In this document: one piece after another, positions 1-8,408 of the stretch
Position numbering within the stretch: the first letter of the stretch is position 1
How the letters are laid out: the number at the start of each line of letters is the position of its first letter
Assembly (NCBI GenBank): GCA_963768855.1
Contig: CAVYJM010000018.1
Span: 32,001 to 96,000 of the forward strand
Direction of reading: 5' to 3'
Origin: an uncultured Thermoplasmata archaeon
GTDB taxonomy: Archaea > Thermoplasmatota > Thermoplasmata > RBG-16-68-12
DNA: 64,000 nt
Translations under genes and position numbers: made by a program
Notes under the pieces: generated by a model
The model's database searches: none
What the model was told of the DNA's origin: nothing
What the model saw: the letters and a program-made list of their open reading frames with translations, nothing else

Positions 1-705
1 CGTCCCACGGAGGATGCGCTGGTCGGCGTGTATCGGACCCATCCCGAGCTCGCAGACTTCGGGAACGATGCATGCCTGAATGCCGGCGGGGACAACCTCG
101 CAGAGACTCGATACCGGCTCCGGCGCGTGCTCGACGTCCGAGAATCGGGCCGTCTTCTGGACGTGGGCTGTGGCCGAGGGGAGTTCGTGACGGCGGCCCA
201 GGCGCACTTCAAAAGCCAAGGGGTGGACGTGTCGCTTCGCCAGGAGACGTCGACTCGAGAGGGGTGCACCCTCATCAGCCGGTTGGAGGAGGCGGGCTTC
301 GATGCGGACACCTTTGACGTGGTCACCCTCGTTGAGGTCCTCGAGCACCTCTTCGACCCGAGACGGACCCTGGGAGAGATCCACCGGATTATGAAACCGA
401 GGGGCATCCTCCTGCTACAGACCGGTGACGCCGATTCCCTGATCGCGCGGCTCGCACCTCAGAAATGGGGTTACGTCCGGCCGCCCATCCACCTGAATTG
501 CTTCTCGAGGGACGGGCTCGTGCAACTCGCGTCCGACGCGGGATTCCGGGTCGTCGGGGCGCACAGCTTTGGCCGCGCGCCGCAACGCCTGCGGGGGAGC
601 CGCCTCCTCGCCAATCCCGAGATCCTCCGGCCTGCCCTCGACCTCGCTGCGAGAGTTGGCCTGATCGGCCAGATGTACTTGATGGCCAAAGCGAGGCCGG
701 GTTAA
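1..705 (+). CDS. Class I SAM-dependent methyltransferase, 5'-truncated by window edge
   Basis: LLDVGCGRG motif I, FDVVTLVEVLEH motif; frame is open from base 1. Confidence 0.85.
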   Translation, partial: RPTEDALVGVYRTHPELADFGNDACLNAGGDNLAETRYRLRRVLDVRESGRLLDVGCGRGEFVTAAQAHFKSQGVDVSLRQETSTREGCTLISRLEEAGFDADTFDVVTLVEVLEHLFDPRRTLGEIHRIMKPRGILLLQTGDADSLIARLAPQKWGYVRPPIHLNCFSRDGLVQLASDAGFRVVGAHSFGRAPQRLRGSRLLANPEILRPALDLAARVGLIGQMYLMAKARPG

Positions 706-1223
706 CGTTCGGGGGACCTCGCGGAAGGACCGGACGATTCCTCGTTCACGTCCGAACGCCGACTGCGCAGGGACAGCCACCGCGGAGTCCGTTGGCAGTA
801 TGCCCGGTAACGTTCTCCGTACCGAGATGCGAGACGCCTCTCTTCGCGCGGGAGAAGGACGAATTCGATGCAGACGTACAGAAGAACGGTCAGCAGAGCC
901 ACCCCCGACGACTGGAGCACGGCCGCCGCCCCCGCCAGGATTGTCAGTCTCGCGACGTACAAGGGATTCCTCGAGCGGGCGTAGATCCCTTGCGTGACGA
1001 GTCGGTCCGGCGGACTCTCAGGGTTGGGGGTCCCGTTCCCCAGGGCCCACAGGATCGACGTGGAGTAGGCCTCCAGAGCAGTGCCGGCAAGCAGGAGCGC
1101 CACTCCGGGGACGACGAAGGGACCCGACGGGAAGTGTGGCAGGAGCGAGACCCAATCCAGCGCCACACCGGTACCGATGATTAGGCCCAGCACGGCGGTG
1201 ACCTTGAGGATTCCCTCAACCAA
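702..1223 (-). CDS. Isoprenylcysteine carboxyl methyltransferase / phospholipid methyltransferase family membrane protein (start uncertain, TTG chosen)
   Basis: GTPNPESPPDRLVTQGIYARSRNPLY and EERRLASRYGERYRAYCQRTPRW motifs; several TM helices. Confidence 0.8.
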   Translation of the reverse strand: MVEGILKVTAVLGLIIGTGVALDWVSLLPHFPSGPFVVPGVALLLAGTALEAYSTSILWALGNGTPNPESPPDRLVTQGIYARSRNPLYVARLTILAGAAAVLQSSGVALLTVLLYVCIEFVLLPREERRLASRYGERYRAYCQRTPRWLSLRSRRSDVNEESSGPSARSPER

Positions 1224-1249
1224 CGCCTTCCGAGACCGGTTGGTCAGGG

Positions 1250-2107
1250 TCAGCGCCTCCGGAGGACCAAGACGGTGTGGTGTCCCCACTCGTTGGCGGG
1301 GGCTCGCCGGGACAGGTGCTCCTCGAGCGCCTCCAGGCCAGCGAAACCGAGTTGGAACCGGGCATAGAGGTCCGCGAGGTTGGACGGGGGAAGGAAGATC
1401 TCCATCCCCTGGACCATCTCCACCGAGAAGCCGTTGCCGAACAGTCGGATCATCTCCGAGGGAGAGTAGAACCGGGCCGGGATCACCTGCCGATTCATGG
1501 GTTCTGTCCGGGATATGGGGATCGGAACGACGTTGCCCATCCGGCGAAACGCCTTTCGAGGGCGCAAGACCAGCGGATAGAAGAGGATCTCGAACAGGCT
1601 CGTCCTGTTGATGAAGCTGCACACGAAAGCACCGCCCGGTTTGGTGATCGACACGATCTGGGCGGGCACGCGTGCGATCTCAGGTTCCATGTTGAGGGCT
1701 CCGGCATGGCAGAACCCGCCGTCGAAGGAATCACTCCCGAACTCGCTGCCCAATCGGCCGATTTCGTGCGCCGCCATCCGCCGCGTCTGAATGTGTTGGG
1801 ACAGACCCTCGGAGGCCGCCTTCTCCCGCAGCTGTTCAATCATCGCGCCCGAGATGTCGGTCGCCACCACGTCGAGACCTTGGCGAGCCAGCCAGAGCGC
1901 ATCCGCCCCCGTCCCGCAGCCGATCTCGAACACGTGCTGGCCCGGGCGTAGGACCTCCCGCAGTGCCCGCCGGAAGACCGTATGCATCCGTCGTCCGACC
2001 AGGTTCGACCCGATGTCCGCGTCGTAGCGCGGGGCGAGCCGATCATAGCTCGCTTCGACGTGCTGGAAGTACTCCCCTTCCAACCTCCACTCGCGCATCT
2101 CCTTCAT
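1250..2107 (-). CDS. Class I SAM-dependent methyltransferase
   Basis: VFEIGCGTG, VVATDIS; C-terminal part of ORF-track 1250..3220, start reassigned. Confidence 0.85.
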   Translation of the reverse strand: MKEMREWRLEGEYFQHVEASYDRLAPRYDADIGSNLVGRRMHTVFRRALREVLRPGQHVFEIGCGTGADALWLARQGLDVVATDISGAMIEQLREKAASEGLSQHIQTRRMAAHEIGRLGSEFGSDSFDGGFCHAGALNMEPEIARVPAQIVSITKPGGAFVCSFINRTSLFEILFYPLVLRPRKAFRRMGNVVPIPISRTEPMNRQVIPARFYSPSEMIRLFGNGFSVEMVQGMEIFLPPSNLADLYARFQLGFAGLEALEEHLSRRAPANEWGHHTVLVLRRR

Positions 2108-2238
2108 TCTATGGTATTCCCTTTCCCGCCGAGCCGGACCCGCGGAGGCATCGGGCCGCCTCCTCGATCTCTGTCGATGGCCAGCACTGCGCTCCGCACA
2201 CCTCGGACTGCGAAGAAGCTTTGCCCGAAAAGGGACGA

Positions 2239-3177
2239 CTATCCCGCCCGTCTTGCGTACAGCAGGGGAAAGGACGCGAGTTCCATCCGGAGGGCGGCGC
2301 CCTTGGCACGCCGGCTCCATCGGAAGCCGCCGCCCGGATCGAACGGTTCCTCTGCCACGGGCCCCACCTCGGACGAGATCGCGCGAACGAGCGAGTCTCG
2401 CGTGAAATGGTGATAGGTCGAGACGACCTCTTCGCTCGCCCCGAGTCTTCGAAGTCGTTCCCGGAAATCGGTGAGGGCCCGCTCGGCGCTCTCGGGGTCG
2501 TTGTACACGGGCGAGTTCATCACCACAAGGAGCCCACCCGGTCGCAGCAGGCGCTTCATCTCGACTAGAGCGCGTGGAAGATCGTTCGCATAGTGAAGCG
2601 ACGCGTTGCACACCACGGCGTCGACCGAGGATGCAGTCAGCGGAGGTCGTTCCAGCTCGCCCCAGATTCGTTCGAAAAAGACGCCCGAACGCACATACAC
2701 ACCGGCTGCGCCAAGCCCGAGGACGTCGTCCAACACGACATCGATCGCGTAGACGTCGTAGCCTCGCTGGGCGAGTCGGTACGATAGCCACCCCACTCCG
2801 CACCCGAGATCCACCACACGTCGCAGCCGATTCCGCGCGAAGAGCCGCTCCAGCGCGTCGAGACTCCGGGCCTTCACGCGCCATTCTGAAGCACGCCGCC
2901 CAGAGACGTCCTCGTACGGTAGGTTCAGGAGATACGACGAATCCAAGGCTCCCCAGCCGTCGCGCTGCCAAACGCACGCGTAGGAATGCGCGAGTGCCGC
3001 CACGCGGCCCGCCCTGCCCGCTTCGACGAGGCGTGGAATCGCGTTCGTGACCGGGTACAGTATCCCTTCGGTGGGGCAGGCCAAGTTGCCATTCTCGACT
3101 TCGTCGGACTCGCCTTCCAGCCGGAGCGGACCGCGGCACGCAGGGCAGGCCAGGACTTCGAGAGCCGCGCGTCGCAT
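2239..3177 (-). CDS. Trm112-like domain fused to class I SAM methyltransferase
   Basis: N-term LEVLACPACRGPL...YPVTNAIPRL; VVDLGCGVG; TTAAGT box 30 nt upstream of ATG. Confidence 0.8.
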   Translation of the reverse strand: MRRAALEVLACPACRGPLRLEGESDEVENGNLACPTEGILYPVTNAIPRLVEAGRAGRVAALAHSYACVWQRDGWGALDSSYLLNLPYEDVSGRRASEWRVKARSLDALERLFARNRLRRVVDLGCGVGWLSYRLAQRGYDVYAIDVVLDDVLGLGAAGVYVRSGVFFERIWGELERPPLTASSVDAVVCNASLHYANDLPRALVEMKRLLRPGGLLVVMNSPVYNDPESAERALTDFRERLRRLGASEEVVSTYHHFTRDSLVRAISSEVGPVAEEPFDPGGGFRWSRRAKGAALRMELASFPLLYARRAG

Positions 3178-3234
3178 CTCGGGTGAGTGAGGACCCGGTG
3201 GACTTAACCCTTTCCCGCACTCCGCCGACACAGT

Positions 3235-3990
3235 CTAGGCGATCTCGGTCTTCTGGACCTCGAGGTCCGGGGTCACGGTGTGCACGATGCCGCGGGGCAT
3301 CGGGTCCGCCTTCATCGCGAGGATCGGCTCGGAGGTGGTGATCACCATCTCACCGAAGTGATCCTGGTAGAGCGTGTAGTACTGCCCGTTCGTCTGGAAG
3401 TCCCGGTACGCATGTAGCGCGCTTCCGTCCGTCATCATGAAGTTCAGCCCGGTGAAGCCGCCGTACTCGTCGATCGCCCGCTGCCGCGCCGCTTGGGCCG
3501 CCTTGGCGACCGCCGCATGGTCGCGGCCGTCAAGGGCCTCGAGGACCAGGTGGAAGAGGACCTGGGAGTCGATGACCTCCTTGTCACCCGACTCCTTGTT
3601 GAGCGAGCCGTTGTGCTGGAACGCCCATGTCACGCCGCTGCGCTCCTCGACGAAGGGGTGGGACCAGCGCTGGCCCACGGTCTTCGGATCGGACGCACGG
3701 CGGAGATGCCCGAGGACGATGAGATTCTGGCCCTCCGCCCGCTCGATGTTCAGCTTCGCGATCTTCCACGCCGTGCCGTAGTACTTGGACGCGTCCGCGG
3801 CGCACCCGATATCCCGCATCTGCACCTTGAGGGTCCCGTTCTGGAAGCAGAGCAGGCCCCACCCGTCCTTGTGGCCTCGCTCGTCGGGAGCGCCGATGGG
3901 GCACATCCCCTTCGTGGAGAGGTCCGCGAACTCCTCGAACAGATCGTAGTATACGGGGCCGCGGCTCACGACGCCCATCATACGGCACAT
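3235..3990 (-). CDS. Class II (Ntn) glutamine amidotransferase, EgtC/YafJ-like
   Basis: N-terminal MCRM, HKDGWG, GHLRRAS, HPF, HNG. Confidence 0.85.
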   Translation of the reverse strand: MCRMMGVVSRGPVYYDLFEEFADLSTKGMCPIGAPDERGHKDGWGLLCFQNGTLKVQMRDIGCAADASKYYGTAWKIAKLNIERAEGQNLIVLGHLRRASDPKTVGQRWSHPFVEERSGVTWAFQHNGSLNKESGDKEVIDSQVLFHLVLEALDGRDHAAVAKAAQAARQRAIDEYGGFTGLNFMMTDGSALHAYRDFQTNGQYYTLYQDHFGEMVITTSEPILAMKADPMPRGIVHTVTPDLEVQKTEIA

Positions 3991-4034
3991 GCGGCCTCCC
4001 TAGCGCTCGGAGCTATATGAGTCTCGCGCCGGGA

Positions 4035-5129
4035 TCACGCTCGGCCGAGCACGAACGGGAGCGCATGGGGCGACGCCCGCAGGTCCCAGCCCGCATGGTC
4101 GACGAAGATCTGGCCTCCGGCAGGGACCTTGTCCATCCGGAGGAGGGCGAGGGCGATGACCCAGCCCGTCGTCGGAGACCAGCACCCGCTCGTCACGCGG
4201 CCGACCTCCGCGCCTTCGACGCGGACCGCATCCCCATGCGAGGGCGGAACGTCACCGTCGATCTTGAGGCCCACGAGGCGGCGGTTCACCTGTCCGATGC
4301 CCACGCCCCGGGCGACGACCTCCTGGCCCCGATAGCACCCTTTCGTGAAGCTGATCACGCCCTCCGGAGCCACCTCGAGGGCGAGCGTCCCCTCGGTCAT
4401 GTCGACCCCGAACCGCGGTCGGCCCGACTCGATCCGCAGCACGTCGAGCGCCTCGCGTCCGACCGGCACGGCGCCGCTCCGCGACAGCGCGTCCCAGACG
4501 GCTTCGAGGCTCTCGCCCGGCGCCCAGATCGCGTAGCCGTACTCACCGAGGGTGTTGACACGCGACGCGAACCCGCTTCGATGGCGGTCGAGCGGGAAGA
4601 TCGTGTGCTCGTCGACGGAGAGGCCTTGGACGTCCACCCCGAGGACGGCGGACGCGACTCGCGGCGCCAGAGGTCCATGGACCTCGAGGTGTCCGCAGAA
4701 CCCGAGGTCCTCCAGGGCGACGTCGTCGCTGACCGTCTGCCTCTGGAAGTACTCGAGGAGGTGATCCTTCTCCGCGGCCTCGATGTCCAGGACGAACGCA
4801 TCGTCCAAGGTGGTGACCCGCAGGTCCCCGAGGACGTGGCTCGCCTCGTCGAGGACGAGGGCGTACGCCGACATGCCGGGGCGGAGCACCTTCACGTCCG
4901 CGGTCACGAGGCCGCCGAGGAAGGTCACGCGATCGGAACCACGGACGCGGATCTTGGCGCGGTCGCTCACGTCGAGGATCCCCGCGGCCCGGCGCACCGC
5001 GTCCACCTCGCGGTCGAGGGATCCGTAGCCGATGGGCACCTCCCATCCGGCCTCCTTGCCGAACAGGGCGCCGCTGACCTCGTGGTAGTTCCGGAGGCGC
5101 AGGTCCGACATGCTCTTCGCCGCAGGCAT
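4035..5129 (-). CDS. Folate-binding YgfZ/GcvT-family protein
   Basis: GcvT-like N-term (LDVSDRAKIRVRGSD) plus YgfZ signature KGCYRGQE. Confidence 0.85.
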   Translation of the reverse strand: MPAAKSMSDLRLRNYHEVSGALFGKEAGWEVPIGYGSLDREVDAVRRAAGILDVSDRAKIRVRGSDRVTFLGGLVTADVKVLRPGMSAYALVLDEASHVLGDLRVTTLDDAFVLDIEAAEKDHLLEYFQRQTVSDDVALEDLGFCGHLEVHGPLAPRVASAVLGVDVQGLSVDEHTIFPLDRHRSGFASRVNTLGEYGYAIWAPGESLEAVWDALSRSGAVPVGREALDVLRIESGRPRFGVDMTEGTLALEVAPEGVISFTKGCYRGQEVVARGVGIGQVNRRLVGLKIDGDVPPSHGDAVRVEGAEVGRVTSGCWSPTTGWVIALALLRMDKVPAGGQIFVDHAGWDLRASPHALPFVLGRA

Positions 5130-5229
5130 GCGTGGGGTCCATTTGACCTTTGCGCGACGACCCCTTCGCAGGCCGCCGGCCGAGCCGCGACATAACCTTC
5201 ATATCCCGCCGCCCGCTCATGCGGTCTCC

Positions 5230-5487
5230 ATGGCGCCCGATCTGCGGGAAGGGCAGATGTCCGTCTTCGCCAAGCGGATCATGCGGAAGCCGCGCACCCT
5301 GCATTGCCCCTTCTGCGACGGCAAGGTCCTCTTCACGCGGAACGAGGAACACCTCGACGAGAAGAACTGCCCCCACTGCGGGATGCTCGTCCACCGGCGC
5401 GAGTGGCCCGAGAAGATGTACGACCCCGCGCCGATCCTCCGCTCGAAGCCCGGCGAATCGACGAAGAAGGAAGAGCCGCCGAAGTGA
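5230..5487 (+). CDS. Small zinc-ribbon hypothetical protein
   Basis: CPFC...CPHC; TTCATAT box about 30 nt upstream. Confidence 0.65.
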   Translation: MAPDLREGQMSVFAKRIMRKPRTLHCPFCDGKVLFTRNEEHLDEKNCPHCGMLVHRREWPEKMYDPAPILRSKPGESTKKEEPPK

Positions 5488-5490
5488 GGC

Positions 5491-6327
5491 TCAGTCGGAG
5501 CCGAATACGGCGCCGCACGAGAGGCAGTCGTGCCAGTTCTCGCCGACCGACGCCCCGCATTCCCCGCACTCGCCGCCCACGGCAGTCTGGGGTGCTTTCA
5601 CGACCACGAGCTTCGTGGCCGCCAGCTTGTCCCACTTCGGCTCCCGCACGAGGAGGAACGCGAGGTCACGGGACCAGGTCTCCAGCTCCAGGAAGACCAG
5701 CTTCCTCGGGGCGATGAGCTCGTTCACGCTCTTGACGAAGTCCCGCGAGTCCTTGAACCGGACGACGCGCTCGACGTCGCCGAGCCGGAGCCGCGCCTTG
5801 CGGAGACTGAGCTCCTGGTCCAGCCACGTGAGATCCGTCATCTGGATTGAGAGTTTGAACGAGCTGAGGCGCAGGTTCACGTCCGCGAGGAGCTTCTCGG
5901 GATCAAAGTCCGAGGGCGCCTGGAACCCGAGCCATTCCACGAGGATCCCGGTCGCCGCGCGGTACGGTTTCTCCCGGAACTGGGAAACAAACGCTCCGGC
6001 CCCTCCCGAGGACCCAGCCACCCGTTTCGCGAACACCGGCTTCGTGCCTGGAATCGTGAGCCCTAGCTCCACGAGTCCCGCATGCACCTCGGAAACGGCT
6101 GCATCCAGCTCCGAGGGGGTCGGCTCGACCGGCTTCTCAGACGCCGGAGTCGGTTCGCCCCCGGGCGCCGCCGCGCCTCGATCGGCCTCCAGCTTGCTCC
6201 CGCGGTCGACGGCCTTCGTCTCGCCCGCAGCCTCGACCTTCGGGGCCGCTTCCTTGGGCTCTTTCTTCCCCTCGGCGCCTCCCTTCTCCTTCTCTGGTTT
6301 GTCCTTCTTCCAGAATTTGAAGGGCAT
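5491..6327 (-). CDS. Hypothetical protein with C-terminal zinc ribbon
   Basis: CGEC...CLSC at C-term; TTAATA box 31 nt upstream. Confidence 0.75.
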   Translation of the reverse strand: MPFKFWKKDKPEKEKGGAEGKKEPKEAAPKVEAAGETKAVDRGSKLEADRGAAAPGGEPTPASEKPVEPTPSELDAAVSEVHAGLVELGLTIPGTKPVFAKRVAGSSGGAGAFVSQFREKPYRAATGILVEWLGFQAPSDFDPEKLLADVNLRLSSFKLSIQMTDLTWLDQELSLRKARLRLGDVERVVRFKDSRDFVKSVNELIAPRKLVFLELETWSRDLAFLLVREPKWDKLAATKLVVVKAPQTAVGGECGECGASVGENWHDCLSCGAVFGSD

Positions 6328-6468
6328 CGAGTGCGCGAAGTCGAGCGGCCCCTATTAAGCGTTTGGTCTGGTCCCGCTCGCTCTCCCAGCACCCCCAGAA
6401 CCAGCGTTCACGCAGAGGAGACCGGTGTTTCTAAGTACTGCCGTCGCGTGGGTGCCGCCCGAGCAACG

Positions 6469-7008
6469 ATGGCGGATCTGCCCAGGGTCATCACTTCACG
6501 ACCACTGCGGAACGTGTGGCCTCCGATCACGGAAGACGAGGTCGAGCTCGCGAACGGCGTCCGGAAGAACTGGGTCCGGTTTCACTTCGGCACCTCCGCT
6601 GCGGTCCTGCCTCGGACCGTGGACGGCAAGGTCGTGCTCACCCACGAGTACCGGCACGGACTCGGGCGGATCGCCGTGGCCCTCCCCGGAGGGACGGCGG
6701 AGGACGGGGAGAGCCCCGAGGCCTGCGCGGGCCGAGAGCTCCTTGAGGAGACGGGCCTCCAGGCGGGCAAGCTCATGCACCTGTATTCGGGCAACAGCCT
6801 GACGGGCTACCTGACCGGCACGCTCCATCTGTTCTTCGCGAAGGACTGCAAGCCCACGGGTCGCTCGCCGGATCCGGAGGAAGTCGATTCCCTCCTGTTC
6901 CTGTCGCCCACGCAGGCTCTCGACCGCGCGCGGCGCGGCGAGTTCGAATCGACCGTCCTCGCACTCGCGATCCTCCTCGCGGATGCCCGCGGGTGGCTCG
7001 TCACGTGA
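6469..7008 (+). CDS. NUDIX hydrolase (ADP-ribose pyrophosphatase-like)
   Basis: Nudix box GGTAEDGESPEACAGRELLEETG. Confidence 0.9.
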   Translation: MADLPRVITSRPLRNVWPPITEDEVELANGVRKNWVRFHFGTSAAVLPRTVDGKVVLTHEYRHGLGRIAVALPGGTAEDGESPEACAGRELLEETGLQAGKLMHLYSGNSLTGYLTGTLHLFFAKDCKPTGRSPDPEEVDSLLFLSPTQALDRARRGEFESTVLALAILLADARGWLVT

Positions 7009-7069
7009 ACGAGACGGTTCGGTACAGCAAGTCCGGAAGGGTTATCTCGGGTCGTCCGTTGCCGCGCGC

Positions 7070-8335
7070 GTGAGCGCCCCCGGGACCGTCGACGCGCGCG
7101 TGCGTCGATACTATGCGTTCCAGATGCTCGTCGCCTTCCAGATCTGGAGCCCGTTCTGGACGATCTGGTTGTTCGCTCACTTCACCTACTTCCTCGGGAC
7201 CATCGTCGACGTGATCTTCTGGATCGTGAGCCTAATCGTCGCGATGCCCGCCGGAGCCTTCGCGGACCGCTACGGGCGCAAGCGCGCGGTGGTCCTCGGC
7301 GTCGGGATCTGGATGGCGGGAATCGTCTCCTTCGGATTCTCGAACTCCTTCGCGATGTTCGCGCTCTCGAACGCGATCTGGGCGTTCGGGGCAGGCTTCC
7401 TCTGGGGAGCGGGTTCCGCGTACCTGTACGACACCCTGGTCGAAGTCCATGCGGAGGCCCGCTACCCGGCGGTTAGCAGCCGGGCCGCGCTGTATTCGTA
7501 CCTGGGCACGGCGCTCGCCTCCCTCGCGGGAGGGCTCATCATCCTGACGACGGCCCGCGTGGAGATGACGCTCATCCTCTACGTGGTCCCGGGCCTCGGC
7601 GCCCTCGCGCTCGGCCTGACCTTCCAGGAACCTTCCGTTCTCCGCAAGCCCGAACCCAGCATGTTCGGCCAGATCCTGGCGGGACTCCGCACGGCGCGCG
7701 CCAACCGTCAGATCGTGCTGATCATCCTGTTCCAAGTCCTCGTGGGCTTCGTGAGCTACATGATGGCCTTGTTCCGGGCGGTGTTCCTGAACCAGACCGT
7801 GGGCGGCGACCTCCTCGTCGTGGCAGGGATCTACTGCGTCTTCTACCTCGTCGCCGCCGTGTCCGGGGGCCTGACGGGATCCTTCCTCAATCGGTTCGGG
7901 GAGTCCGGAGGACTCATCCTCGTCTTCGTCATGGTGTTCGCGCCCTTCCCCCTGATCTACCTCATCGCGCAAGGGGCCTTCAGCCCGGACGTCGGCGGTA
8001 TCCTCGCAGTCGCCACGCAGCTCCCGGACTACGTGGTCTGGGGGATTGAGGCGGTCCTGATCGCCACGATCATCAATCGCCGCGTGGGATCGGACGGCCG
8101 GGCGACCGTGCTCGCGATCGAGACGTTCTTCAGCACCCTGGTCATCGCCGTCATGGAGCCTCTGGCGGGTCTCGTCGCAACGGACTACAGCCTCGGCACC
8201 GGGCTCGCCGTCGGCGCCCTCGTGGCCTCCGTGCCGACCGCGTACATCCTCGTGGCCTACCGCCGCAGCGAGCGCACGAACCCCCTTCCCGCCGTGCCCG
8301 CGACGGTCGTTCGCGACCGCGAATCAGGCCCCTGA
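7070..8335 (+). CDS. MFS transporter
   Basis: GAFADRYGRK motif A; about 12 hydrophobic segments. Confidence 0.9.
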   Translation: MSAPGTVDARVRRYYAFQMLVAFQIWSPFWTIWLFAHFTYFLGTIVDVIFWIVSLIVAMPAGAFADRYGRKRAVVLGVGIWMAGIVSFGFSNSFAMFALSNAIWAFGAGFLWGAGSAYLYDTLVEVHAEARYPAVSSRAALYSYLGTALASLAGGLIILTTARVEMTLILYVVPGLGALALGLTFQEPSVLRKPEPSMFGQILAGLRTARANRQIVLIILFQVLVGFVSYMMALFRAVFLNQTVGGDLLVVAGIYCVFYLVAAVSGGLTGSFLNRFGESGGLILVFVMVFAPFPLIYLIAQGAFSPDVGGILAVATQLPDYVVWGIEAVLIATIINRRVGSDGRATVLAIETFFSTLVIAVMEPLAGLVATDYSLGTGLAVGALVASVPTAYILVAYRRSERTNPLPAVPATVVRDRESGP

Positions 8336-8408
8336 GACACCAATCGCCGTTGATAACGAGAGCGAAGGCCTTAGCCCCCGTCGCCCCCAAACAAGCCACC
8401 TGCGATCC

